Shown here: piece by piece, positions 33,001-42,676 of the stretch
How the letters are laid out: each line of letters begins with the position of its first letter
Position numbering within the stretch: the first letter of the stretch is position 1
Origin: Barthelona sp. PCE
Taxonomy: Eukaryota
Reading direction: 5' to 3'
Length of the DNA: 64,000 bases
Assembly (NCBI GenBank): GCA_040285745.1
Contig: JAUFOR010000003.1
Span: 248,001 to 312,000 of the forward strand
Position numbers and translations under genes: made by a program
The notes under the pieces: generated by a model
What the model was told of the DNA's origin: nothing
The model's input: only the letters and a program-made list of their open reading frames with translations
Database searches by the model: none

Positions 33001-34027
33001 GCGCGAAAAACTCATACATTTGGATTTCACTAACGAAAAACGGCTTCAAAACAACAGGATCAAGAAAAACATCAAAATATGGAGCACTTAAAGTAACAAT
33101 TAATGCTAGCAAATTACTTTTGCTGTTCTCGAAAGCATACATACAGGTCAGTAATGAGGACAGCGGTTCTGTCGGTGATTCCATAAGCCATCTGAAGACC
33201 TCATCACTTAGAGCCGGTAGACTACTTATCATTTCAATTAAAAAGAGTGCAGCAAATGATACAACACTCTCATGAGCACTAGTGAATGCGTAACCAACAA
33301 CACTGAGCAAGAAGTGGAGCATATCCACCTCGTTCACCAATACGTTTCCTAATAACGGAATGTTCTGACGAAGTAAGTTGATCCAGTTCTCGATCGGTTG
33401 CTCATCACCATTCCACCCATGCTGTATAATATGCCTCAAGGTGTTCAGCTTTGAAGTGACGAGTTGTGCTGCCTCCTTGAACGATATTTCAAAACCTTGT
33501 GATATGGAAACCGCGATCAAATCCAATACTGTTTGTGTTTCTTCTAATGAAGGTGCAACCATATCGTCTAGATATTTCTCCTGATCACGGACATCAACGA
33601 CGTTCTCGGCCTCGTCCTCGTACTGTACCTTTCTTTGTTTAGAGATTCGTGTTAGTGTACAGCGCATTATCTCTTTCAAAATGTCCAAAATTAAATCTAT
33701 ATCTCCTGCAACAATTAGTGAAATTAGCTCAGTATTGAGGCTGATTTGGAAGTATCGATGTAGTAGGTCCATTAGCAACTTCCAATTGAACCTTTTGACG
33801 GACATTGTGTTAAGCTCACGTAAACTGGGCAATCGATTAGAATCCCATCGATGTCTGGTGACGATTTCAGCAATCGCCTTCCAAATTATGACACCATTTT
33901 CAAGAAGAGGCGTCAAATCATCGTGTAACATTATATAATTACCATCTTCGATGTATACGTCCTCTGGGAGCAATGCAGAATAGTCAACATAGAACTCAAA
34001 CAGATCTCTTCTTAATCTTAAAGCCAT
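30059..34027 (-). CDS. Calponin-homology + alpha-solenoid + charged coiled-coil protein (probably cytoskeletal/ciliary)
   Basis: CH-like LENGVIIWKAI..KRFNWKLL..LIVAGDIDLILDILKEI; long helical hydrophobic middle; E/K/R-rich tail. Likely start MALRLRR at 34027. Confidence 0.75.
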   Translation of the reverse strand: MALRLRRDLFEFYVDYSALLPEDVYIEDGNYIMLHDDLTPLLENGVIIWKAIAEIVTRHRWDSNRLPSLRELNTMSVKRFNWKLLMDLLHRYFQISLNTELISLIVAGDIDLILDILKEIMRCTLTRISKQRKVQYEDEAENVVDVRDQEKYLDDMVAPSLEETQTVLDLIAVSISQGFEISFKEAAQLVTSKLNTLRHIIQHGWNGDEQPIENWINLLRQNIPLLGNVLVNEVDMLHFLLSVVGYAFTSAHESVVSFAALFLIEMISSLPALSDEVFRWLMESPTEPLSSLLTCMYAFENSKSNLLALIVTLSAPYFDVFLDPVVLKPFFVSEIQMYEFFAQLIPPSLHNSETVGHLLKIWPNIAETSFDILDKTESPAMMIVSIQLIVTIIEGLASISAAGYYYVEPEEFDDCISRCVTFLNELANVKVCQVWPGGQELVTLVAIGQLFRLLHTATSVEMALGPRIYLLLLERLLEAYQLEKSDFQPVVLNHILFHFSTAIEDTRSLPITALLRILNYATEELGVRHLTEMELNLLTIIGKQIFSNVHALEHAQLFSAIVLKVVFSEFSESVVLVPILVEIFEAHNCANVFMAVWPAIFKKLLHGQLNAANAHDRRMSMNDHWVLMDFVCRVLMFGSPAYNSVVEASLQEIEDQTLPLIKFLSTFLEGAVVYEPQLKPSSAVLSFSSSDFPLSVSWELLVEIVELDNQSEDDTEDVGKLHHQVHPVADTADLRGVKQAPIAQLNVFRSELLKRPKISPQKRLPKSLKKKVRLKHSVSKDLEAIKKRREEEKRREEEEREIQEAKERKLKKRLEKMRLERLEKHRRGAKKRPSVSEKSESEASVDALSDDPLTPVKTRSTPKPVESPGQRALKRAEKAQKMAKRAKSRLQKFSEERYHRIAYKAHKERLQKEKKEKEEKERKAEKQRQRQLKKYRKEIQDRMKKVMAEKRKEEEEEERRKEEERLEKERKEKLRKEKKRKYYEKQRQKLKEYKESLEEEEARDELKKAINHRRKKEEMMGRQERMKKHRNRQKKMRKSQLDEMKLMQLAEDLSWERERETRKVERKLRRARMMEIKARNEQRRQEYEQAQLDKRIKEREAKLVVESQNEAVIRKAKKLREKQKHKIEERSARQMERKLMQHAEKYSEAREDFDQLERKGISWADAKKANRLLKQFHIVNSNDLVPPIIPKDIVSRFDGIPPPSPSILNNNSSPLKGNTGSRVTFEDEIIENEDDVEIKDALRERLEELTTLNSKEDLNKSDDIEDEIEDMVDETEDIIDETESRPSRPKSKLEEDFPEVPPSAVRASAAMAVDDVLDDVFN

Positions 34028-34214
34028 TACATGCACAGGAAAAGGAATATATTTATAAAAACAAAAAGGCAAAGTTGTCACGTTTACCTCCTGGTTTATG
34101 TGAGCTTAACTCCCACATATATGCTAAAATTTTGGAATAAAAACGTGGAAAAATGTTATTAAAGAGAAAAAATTTACAAAAACGATTTTCTTCTTTTTTA
34201 GTGCAACAGTTCAT

Positions 34215-35051
34215 ATGTTTCATGTGTTCTCATTATTCACACTTCTTTCTCTTTTTTATAGCAGTTTTGCAATATATTCAATTTTTGATGGTGTAAGGTC
34301 AATTATTATCATTAAGTAAGCGAGAGATTGTTTGATGGGAAAACTTGGTCTTCAGTTAACAGCTCAGATTTTCAACAGTTTTATTCAAACAATTCTCTAA
34401 TTCATGAGTCAGCTACTGATAGTATAAATAGTACAACAACCATAAGGAAATGGAGTGAGAGACATTTATTTAGATATGATGATAGTCATCAATACTATCG
34501 TATCAACGTGATACATGCTTGTACTATCTTGCACTGTATTTCTGTGCGATTGCCTTTGGTTCCTTCTTTAAGCTCTCAAAACACTAATTATGGTGATGGA
34601 TATTATAAGAGTGATCCATGGGATGTTTATTACAACAGTAACGGTGAATTACCAGAAGAAGATAATTTACTGGATATTTTTAGTGTAACTGAAACTGAAA
34701 TGAAAAATTATTTGTGCATAAAAGTGAATGATTATATTTTATGTGCTAAAAATAGTGTTTCCTCCTTTTGATTTTTTGTTTTATGGTAAAATTGCATTAT
34801 TTGTAATAGTCGTAGTTGCGTTAGTATTTGGACTAATAATTTGTATGAGCATGAAAAAAGAGAATAACTCTAGTAAGAGTATAGATACTGTGTTTGATAT
34901 GAGTCAACAAACTGCTGTTGTGAAGATGGACTTAGTACCCTCTGTCCCGAATATTGCAAAAATGCTTAAAAATAGTGCTCCAAAAACGACCTATAACGAA
35001 CCAAATCAAGTTAGTGAGTTAAGTCGTTTTACCTATATTCCAACCGTGTAA
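34215..35051 (+). CDS. Single-pass type I membrane protein assembled from three pieces (probable short intron plus +1 frameshift)
   Basis: Signal peptide MFHVFSLFTLLSLFYSSFA from 34215. A GT..AG intron at 34291-34316 or 34293-34324 restores frame into 34328-34771. The TM (IALFVIVVVALVFGLIICM) and tail lie in the +1 frame after TTT TGA at 34766-34771. Confidence 0.55.
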
Positions 35052-35121
35052 ATATGAAATTTGACATTGTTCAGTAATTGCAAAAAAAGGATAATTTTCA
35101 TTCATCTATTGGCCATGGGAA

Positions 35122-37260
35122 CTATACGTTGTGTTCATGACAATCGGGCATGTGATACTCAACGATGGACGCCTCCGCCAGAAACGAAGGAAGATGGAAT
35201 GTTTCCACTGTGGGATTTATCGATTCCGGGTCTTCCTCAACGTTATATGTTTTCAACACCATTGTCTTGGATGCTTCTTCGTATCTCATTTCCTGAATAA
35301 CGTTGTTAGGCAGATTTGGATCGTTGCTTTTCTTCATGTTAGAAGAATATGGTAAATTGTAGTTTGTGAAAAAACGCGTTTTAATTGCACCATCTTCAAC
35401 GTATACTTTAATAATACCATGCCATACATGTATGTATGAATCACCCACGAAATAACGGAAAATGTTACCTTCCTCCGTTTTTTCATTCTTATAATACTGA
35501 TAAAGGAGAACAGGTTCTAAGAAGCTTCCTGTTGACCAATCTAAACAGTGTAAATGTTGCGTTTCTGCTTCATCATCATCTATGTATACAGTAAACAGCT
35601 GGTGATCAGGTGTTTCATCCAATGGACGAGGGTTAAAGTAAACATCTTCTACATATCCAGGTTCAAAAACAATGTGCTTTTGAACCTCCACATCATAACC
35701 GTTGACGTTGAACCGAAAAAAATGGATTGCTTCATCACAAAAAATGCATGCTGAATTATCAAAATGTGAACCATGAACTCTTCTAACTTTCACATTCGGT
35801 GGAAGCTCTAAAATCAGCTTACTTCCCAAATACACCGCATCTTCACGATAGTCAACATTTAAGGGCAACCCATGAATAAAACCACGGTTTTTAGAGCCAC
35901 AATGAGGCAAAATGGTTGTGACAGGCTTGGATTCTGACCAGTGCCAGTGAATTTTGACATATGTATTTGTTTCACCATCCTCTACCATTACAAAAAAATC
36001 ATCTTCTTCATTTGGAACTGATCGGATCTTGTACCTCATACGCGGTTTTTTATACCCACGAAGCACAATAAGCTTCCTTTCTTTGAAAAAAAAGTAACAT
36101 CTTATCGAAGGGTTATCATCATCATACACTTCCGCTATTCCATCAAAAAAGATGTTAGATGGCTGAAGACTGTTCAAACACACAACCTCATTATCAACTG
36201 CTTTGAATTTGATTAGGCCACAACGTTCTGTTATTTCATCAACACTATAAAAAACACAATCTTCATCATGAAAGTAATTATCGTTCAAGTCTATATGTTG
36301 CAAGTCGTTGCAGAGTACATTCATAAGATTAATTTCACTCTTTGACATATTCAATTCACCGTTTTCGATATGAACTATCGTAAAACTTGACTCATTGAAT
36401 AACGTTAACAATTCAATTTCAATAAATACCATTGACAAAACATCTTGGGTGAGCGTCAATAATGCAAATTTTGAGTCTATACTAATATTCAATCCTTTAA
36501 GCTGCGGAAACCTTTCTGTCAAGTTAACTTGGTTCCTTTGACTGTCAAATATTATTAGTTCATCAACTTTCCCCATAAGTAACCTGACTGAGAAAATGCA
36601 ATCCGAGTTTAAGCACCCGAAGTGTTCTAAATGAACACCATACAACTGCTCAATATCAGGTTCATGTGCCTCGTCCATGTCATCAACAGAAAAATTGTAA
36701 TGCCATATGGTATCATCTTGGCATTTCCTTAACAAAATGTAGTTTGAATTAATGGTTGGTTGAGAGTTATACTCTCCAAGACATCTATATTCATCGGTTA
36801 GCACATTAAATATGTAGCACAGAATCACTTGCCTGTTATTAATGGTTTCATCAATGGTGAATAGTAGGTGGTTTTCATCCATCGGAATTATTCTACCTAA
36901 TAGACGTATATTTGGATTGTTCGCAAAAGGGAAGGGTATTCTCCTTCTTGTATGTTCATCACTCATGATATGATCAAATAATAAGATATCAAGATGGGTT
37001 ACAATACCATTATCATCAAAAAGCTGTTCGATGATCATGTAAGATTCTCCAGCTTTTAATTTGGATGTGTATTGAAGAGGCTCACGCGTATTCTCCACGT
37101 ATCCAACAAAGTCCTTGCCTTCAATAGCGCTTTCAATGAGGCTTATATCTTTGTTTTCTCTTGACTTTAGCAATCTTAGACCCTGGCCCTCAAATATCAG
37201 TTGACCCTCGGGATAAGCCTGCATGACAAGGTCATCCTCGAATTTACGAACCCTAGGCAT
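35122..37260 (-). CDS. Uncharacterised beta-propeller-like protein, 712 aa (family of 666 and 6530)
   Basis: Starts MPRV; VYFNP and YFVGDSY motifs; C-terminal FHLPSFLAEASIV. Confidence 0.8.
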   Translation of the reverse strand: MPRVRKFEDDLVMQAYPEGQLIFEGQGLRLLKSRENKDISLIESAIEGKDFVGYVENTREPLQYTSKLKAGESYMIIEQLFDDNGIVTHLDILLFDHIMSDEHTRRRIPFPFANNPNIRLLGRIIPMDENHLLFTIDETINNRQVILCYIFNVLTDEYRCLGEYNSQPTINSNYILLRKCQDDTIWHYNFSVDDMDEAHEPDIEQLYGVHLEHFGCLNSDCIFSVRLLMGKVDELIIFDSQRNQVNLTERFPQLKGLNISIDSKFALLTLTQDVLSMVFIEIELLTLFNESSFTIVHIENGELNMSKSEINLMNVLCNDLQHIDLNDNYFHDEDCVFYSVDEITERCGLIKFKAVDNEVVCLNSLQPSNIFFDGIAEVYDDDNPSIRCYFFFKERKLIVLRGYKKPRMRYKIRSVPNEEDDFFVMVEDGETNTYVKIHWHWSESKPVTTILPHCGSKNRGFIHGLPLNVDYREDAVYLGSKLILELPPNVKVRRVHGSHFDNSACIFCDEAIHFFRFNVNGYDVEVQKHIVFEPGYVEDVYFNPRPLDETPDHQLFTVYIDDDEAETQHLHCLDWSTGSFLEPVLLYQYYKNEKTEEGNIFRYFVGDSYIHVWHGIIKVYVEDGAIKTRFFTNYNLPYSSNMKKSNDPNLPNNVIQEMRYEEASKTMVLKTYNVEEDPESINPTVETFHLPSFLAEASIVEYHMPDCHEHNV

Positions 37261-37890
37261 GAATAGCCGTGATGAAGTAGGTGAATATTAAGATAGCATG
37301 TATATATTAAATATTAATGATTGTAAGTGGCATATACAAATGATATAATACATGTGAAGCGTAAACAGAAAGCGAGAATGTGAAACAGAACAGCATTCGC
37401 ATTTCTATCCCCTCACACATTTATTGATGTGGTTCGCAGGGCTTGTAACGCGTGGCACGTAAGATTTTGGACGCGTGCGGGCATTGTTTTGATTGTGGGG
37501 CACTTTTTTGCTGCGTTGTGGGTGCGGATGCAGATAGTATATTTGAGTGTTTTGCAGATGATTTGGAATATCTCCCAACAGTATTCTGGTTTCTTTCAAA
37601 CTTCTGTAGCATGAATAATGATTGGTGCCACGATATCTATTACCCTGTTGGCAATTTTGTTCTGCAATGTTGTAAGCGTTTATCCTACAGTGTATCAGCT
37701 ACCTTCTTGACGTGGTGTGATCTGAACGCTTTGACACCAATTGTATTACAAGAATTAAGGAGTGGATTAAAAGTGAATAATAAATATGTGAAAAGCCACA
37801 CATGAGTTTATTTAACTGACCAGATTTTGAGAATATTTGCTTAAAAACATAAAGGATAGGGTGGTAAGCAATACATAATGAAAGAAATTC

Positions 37891-38541
37891 CTAAATTGGG
37901 GCATTTTTAATCTTACGAAGTCGACGACGAGCCGTTCTGCGCATTGCTGAACGTACTCTCTTGTCGGGCCAAAAAGAAGCTAAGCGACGCTTAATGGTAT
38001 TGGTTGAACAATTTAAGACTTGTGCCATCTGACTTTGTGTGAAACCATTGGCAACAAGTTCTTCCAACTGCTCTTTTTGAATTGTAATCTTGGATGATCT
38101 TTTAACATTTCTTCGTTTTCTTGGTTTGATCACTTTGCTTTCATTTGATTTTTTAAAAGCTGTTGATGAGCCATTTAATAAATCAGAAAGCGTGTCGGTG
38201 GAAGTGTTACTCTCAAGAAAGTCATTTGGATACAGAGAAATTGAAACGTTAGGATCAGGATCATGATGCATGTAGAGCGGATAATCGGCTTGATATTTAT
38301 AGTTTCCATCGCTGCATCCGCTGTGAACGATTCTTCCGTTTAAAGAAAAAGAAGTGCAAAATTGATTAGGAGCTGGTGGTTCAATAAAGAAGTTTTTAGA
38401 TTTTAAAACATTCATTTCAAAGTCATCAGGCGAATAGCATATGTCATTTATGCTGGGCATTGACCACAAATCGAAATTTGAGGATCGAGAACTGCATAAC
38501 ATAGTTTCTTCTGTCTGAGCAGGATTAAGATAGGAAAACAT
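37891..38541 (-). CDS. Putative transcription factor with C-terminal helix-turn-helix
   Basis: NLS-like KPRKRR, then IQKEQLEELVANGFTQSQMAQVLNCSTNTIKRRL, a classic HTH pattern, followed by a basic tail. Confidence 0.7.
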   Translation of the reverse strand: MFSYLNPAQTEETMLCSSRSSNFDLWSMPSINDICYSPDDFEMNVLKSKNFFIEPPAPNQFCTSFSLNGRIVHSGCSDGNYKYQADYPLYMHHDPDPNVSISLYPNDFLESNTSTDTLSDLLNGSSTAFKKSNESKVIKPRKRRNVKRSSKITIQKEQLEELVANGFTQSQMAQVLNCSTNTIKRRLASFWPDKRVRSAMRRTARRRLRKIKNAPI

Positions 38542-38796
38542 GCGTTTTGGGTCTTTAAATAGGGTATTGTTTAGTATTACAATCAAAAATTCTTAAAAAA
38601 ACAAACACAGATGGAAATCAGGTCAAAACATTTTTGATGCAGGTTGCGACTTTATCTCTTTTTTAGAATCCTACATTTAACGTAAATCTTTTTATCAAAA
38701 AAGAAAATGAAAAAAAATGTTACAGCCACGAGAATCAAATTATTCTTGTTTTTACATTCTTTTCCTCATTTTCAAAAATAAGGGCTTGTATAGCAC

Positions 38797-41172
38797 ATGT
38801 ACTCTGTGAGGCACAACTTGCTTTCCAGCCTGTTAGCCCCATATTCCGCAGCGAATGAGGCCAAAACACCTGTTATTCCTCGCACACGGAATTTCACGTT
38901 CAACACACTTATGGCGGATACACCGGAAACAGAAAACGTTGTTCATAAGAGGGAAATTGTTGAAACATTGCAAATTGACGATGAAACTCTAGTTGTTCCT
39001 AAATTCAATGAATCTATTGCGCCTCATATTGATTATGAAGACCAAACAAAGGGCACAACAACTTTTAATTTCATCCGCATTAATCTAAAGGTTAACTGCG
39101 AGTCGTTAGAAATATCAAATTTTTTACCATCATTAAATAGAATTCTAGGACCGTGTTTTTTGTTTAAGAATGATTATGTGTGCGTTGAAGGCGAAGTTGA
39201 TGATAAAATGGCAGTCTTTTGCTCATTTGAAAAAGCAACCCCTGTTCATCAGCATTCCATGTTCATATTTACGTATTTTAGACATTTTCCAGCATTTTCA
39301 AACCGTGATCTCTCACTGAAAATCACTGAAACCCTTGCTAAAGGAAGTTTTGAAACACCTGATTTCTCTTTTTTGAACAATCACAAGTTGATAGTAACTA
39401 TGCTAACACCATTTGTTTATGATGCAGAGTGTGTGACAACATATTCGCGCCAGTCACGTGTGTTTATTAATGTATTTGAAGGAGAAATTGCTATATTATT
39501 AAAGGAAAACAACTTACAAACAGACGGGTATTTTGAGAATTATTCAGTCGTTCAAATCATTTTTGATTCATATGATGTTCTGAAATGGGAAGGTAACAGT
39601 CTGTTCCTTGCCCCTCTGATGTTGGTGTTTAGCAATGAAGAAAAGCAACGTTTAATTAAACAAATTGAATCATTACGTGTTTTGGATTATTTTGCCAATT
39701 ATTTTTGCAGCCAACCCCCTCCACAAGATAATCCTCTAAATATCACCGATGACTTCCCTGAGATAGATACAGCACCCAGTCCAATGGATCAATTGATGAA
39801 CATTGACGATTCAGTTCCTGGAATGTTGGACACACCCTTGTTCGATGCTGCTCAAGTTGTCTCTCTTGAAGTAAGTGATCCTCTGCTGATTAAGCATAAC
39901 TCAGATCTGAGGCAGAATGAGGAACTGGTTACAAATATAGATCATGATCCCAGTGATTTCATTACTCCAGCTGTCGAGTCACAGTATACGATGGAACGCA
40001 TGGATCCGTCACCCGCCCCAGCCCCGTCTACAGTGGTTGATGAAAGTGAGATACAGACCCCATTCTATGACTTTGGTACAAATTATCGCCCAATAGAAAG
40101 TAATGCACAAATAGTGCCTGAGGAAACACCCGAGTATAATCCTTACGAGACTCCCGATGTTAACCCTTACGAAACACCGTATATTGATCAGCACAGTAAT
40201 ATTGCCGTTGTAATGGAAGCTGATGACACTCCTATATTGGAATTATCAACCGAGATTGCTGACAACGATGATTTGGTGACACCAGTTATTAGCAGTATTC
40301 TCAAACGTGTTGAGAAGGAGATAAAAGAGGCTGTTGGGTTTAATTCTGGTCAACCAAGCATGGTTGAGTACAAATCCATGCTGCCTCTCGAGACGCCAGT
40401 TATTGAACAGCCTAATATTGCTGTTGATGAGATTACCCCAGCTCCTGTGCCGGTGGTAGCTGAAACTCTGTTAGTGGACGAGACACCTGTATTGGCAGAG
40501 GCACCAATGAAGGTAGAAACACATGTAATAGAAGAAACACCTGTGATGGACAACGTAATGGTAACGCCCAGTCACCCATGGGAAGATCTTGACGATGATG
40601 ACCTCAATGATTTGGTGATTGGTGATGAGAACGATGTAATAGAGAAACCCATCACAGTTTATAGGGATGAAGATATTTTTAAACGTCAACCTCATACACC
40701 TTTCCGACAGATTTCATTAGATGAAACACCAACAACACCAGATTCTGAAGTCATGTTGGATGCTCCTTGTATATACATGTCGCAATTGAGCGAGATCAAG
40801 CATTTTGAGCCTCAAATTGAGGAAATTTTAATTGATAGAAGAGAAGACGAGTGTGTTTTTGTCGAGGATCCTTTCGCCAGTCCTGTTACGATCACAACAT
40901 GTCAGCGTAAGAAACCTGTTGTAATTGTAAGTAATGTTCCGATGGGAACAAGGAGACCGCGCAGAAATGGACAGTCAGCTGTATCACAAAACCTTCTTTT
41001 TAACACACCCACACCTGTAGCACATAACCCAAAGTATTCGACGATCAATGATGCTCTTATTCAGCAACGGACACCAGCAGCCAACAAACACATATCATTT
41101 AATACTCCCATTATTGTAACGACTCCGGATGAAATGACACAGCCGGATTTTTTAACTGCTGACGAAATGTAA
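38797..41172 (+). CDS. Uncharacterised protein: folded N-domain plus acidic Thr-Pro-rich disordered region
   Basis: 791 aa ORF with roughly 25 TP dipeptides (by-eye count). Confidence 0.8.
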   Translation: MYSVRHNLLSSLLAPYSAANEAKTPVIPRTRNFTFNTLMADTPETENVVHKREIVETLQIDDETLVVPKFNESIAPHIDYEDQTKGTTTFNFIRINLKVNCESLEISNFLPSLNRILGPCFLFKNDYVCVEGEVDDKMAVFCSFEKATPVHQHSMFIFTYFRHFPAFSNRDLSLKITETLAKGSFETPDFSFLNNHKLIVTMLTPFVYDAECVTTYSRQSRVFINVFEGEIAILLKENNLQTDGYFENYSVVQIIFDSYDVLKWEGNSLFLAPLMLVFSNEEKQRLIKQIESLRVLDYFANYFCSQPPPQDNPLNITDDFPEIDTAPSPMDQLMNIDDSVPGMLDTPLFDAAQVVSLEVSDPLLIKHNSDLRQNEELVTNIDHDPSDFITPAVESQYTMERMDPSPAPAPSTVVDESEIQTPFYDFGTNYRPIESNAQIVPEETPEYNPYETPDVNPYETPYIDQHSNIAVVMEADDTPILELSTEIADNDDLVTPVISSILKRVEKEIKEAVGFNSGQPSMVEYKSMLPLETPVIEQPNIAVDEITPAPVPVVAETLLVDETPVLAEAPMKVETHVIEETPVMDNVMVTPSHPWEDLDDDDLNDLVIGDENDVIEKPITVYRDEDIFKRQPHTPFRQISLDETPTTPDSEVMLDAPCIYMSQLSEIKHFEPQIEEILIDRREDECVFVEDPFASPVTITTCQRKKPVVIVSNVPMGTRRPRRNGQSAVSQNLLFNTPTPVAHNPKYSTINDALIQQRTPAANKHISFNTPIIVTTPDEMTQPDFLTADEM

Positions 41173-41185
41173 ATACGAAGGTTTA

Positions 41186-42613
41186 TTACAATTGATTAAA
41201 TAAAGGAGAAACACCGCGAGGAACAAATTTTCCATGTCCTTCAGCATCATTAACGAGCTCCTCGTTTCGCACAATAACTTTACCACGGGAAAGAACAGTG
41301 CTGGCCTTTCCCCGGCACTTGAAACCTTCCCAGGGTGAAACATCAACATTGGAACGGTGTGTTTTGGCGCTCAAAGTATGATACTTGTTACGATCCCAAA
41401 TAACAATATCAGCATCATAACCCACTTCAATAGCACCCTTGTTAGGGATACCTAAGATCTTACATGCGTTATAAGATGTCCACTGAACAAATTTCTCATA
41501 AGAAGCATGCATTTCTTCAACTAATAGAGTCCAAACGATTGTCATTCTTTCCTCAAGACCAATAGCACCGTTAGGCATCTTTCTGAAATCATGTCTACCG
41601 GGCATGCGTTGTTCAGTACTGAATGCACAATGATCAGTTGCTACAATAATAAATTCGTCAGAAAACAAAGCACCCTTGACTTCCTCATGTGTTTCTGGTT
41701 TTCTTAAAGGTGGAGAGAAGATATGTGCTGCTGCAGTAGCAAAATCATCACTGAAAGCACCTGTCCAATCCAGAGCCAAATGCGCTGCAGTGCATTCACC
41801 GACGACAACACCTCCCATACGATTTATCATTGTAATGGCCTCGGCAGCTGCGCCACAGCTGTTATGGACCACATAAAGTGGTGTTTTGGTTGCAATGGCT
41901 GCCATTCCACCATGCACAAGTGCATCGACTTCGCAATGAGGAAGTCTTGACAGTACATGACCTTGTGGGGATAAAATACCTTGAACTTCAGCGATTTCAT
42001 GTCTTCCTCTGTCAACTAAAGCGCCATTTTCAGCGTGGAGTTGAGGAAGAAGCTTATGTTTTGCACAAATATCAAGGAGCTTAAATACTGCATCGTCTCT
42101 TAACATAAGCCTATCGGGGTATGCTAAGAAGTATTTAACAGTGGTAACACCCGATTGTTTGAGTCTGACCAACTGTTCTTCAGTATTTTCATGAACATCA
42201 TGCACCATAATATGGAATGAGTAATCAACCGCACACTTGGCAGCCTTTTCGTGGTAAACATCGACACCACCGCAGTAATCGTTGTTACTGTCAGCTGCTG
42301 CATAGTCAATAATCATGGTTGTACCACCAAGCGCTGCGCAAGCAGTTCCATCAAAGAAATTATCGACTGTCTGAACATCTTTGCTTAAATCCATTTCCAG
42401 GTGAGTGTGTGGATCCACACCACCAGGCATACATACCATACCTTTGGCGTCAATAACTTCATCAAAGTTTTCCAATGGAAAAGGTGGAATATCGGGGGTA
42501 TCCTTGTTATGATGTCCTACATCCACGATTTTCTCGTCTTCTACGATGATATAACCTTTTTCGTAGGTTTTGTCGTGGCTAACAACCATTCCGTTAAAAA
42601 TAAGGGTTCTCAT
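41186..42613 (-). CDS. DPYS: Dihydropyrimidinase / D-hydantoinase
   Basis: PGGVDPHTHLEM, GGTTMIID, VKYFLAY (carbamylated Lys), LHAENG, YVVH, FSPPLR, ATDHC, PNG, GYDADIVIWD. Confidence 0.92.
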   Translation of the reverse strand: MRTLIFNGMVVSHDKTYEKGYIIVEDEKIVDVGHHNKDTPDIPPFPLENFDEVIDAKGMVCMPGGVDPHTHLEMDLSKDVQTVDNFFDGTACAALGGTTMIIDYAAADSNNDYCGGVDVYHEKAAKCAVDYSFHIMVHDVHENTEEQLVRLKQSGVTTVKYFLAYPDRLMLRDDAVFKLLDICAKHKLLPQLHAENGALVDRGRHEIAEVQGILSPQGHVLSRLPHCEVDALVHGGMAAIATKTPLYVVHNSCGAAAEAITMINRMGGVVVGECTAAHLALDWTGAFSDDFATAAAHIFSPPLRKPETHEEVKGALFSDEFIIVATDHCAFSTEQRMPGRHDFRKMPNGAIGLEERMTIVWTLLVEEMHASYEKFVQWTSYNACKILGIPNKGAIEVGYDADIVIWDRNKYHTLSAKTHRSNVDVSPWEGFKCRGKASTVLSRGKVIVRNEELVNDAEGHGKFVPRGVSPLFNQL

Positions 42614-42676
42614 TTAATAAGTACAGTTAAAACGTTCTGAAAAAGAACAAAAGCAGGATAAAAAGTAAAAAGAAAT

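Noticed and set aside
37452-37805. 117-aa Cys-rich ORF
   Set aside because: GTG start just after an in-frame stop, TGA end and no recognisable domain. It could be a gene remnant but cannot be supported.
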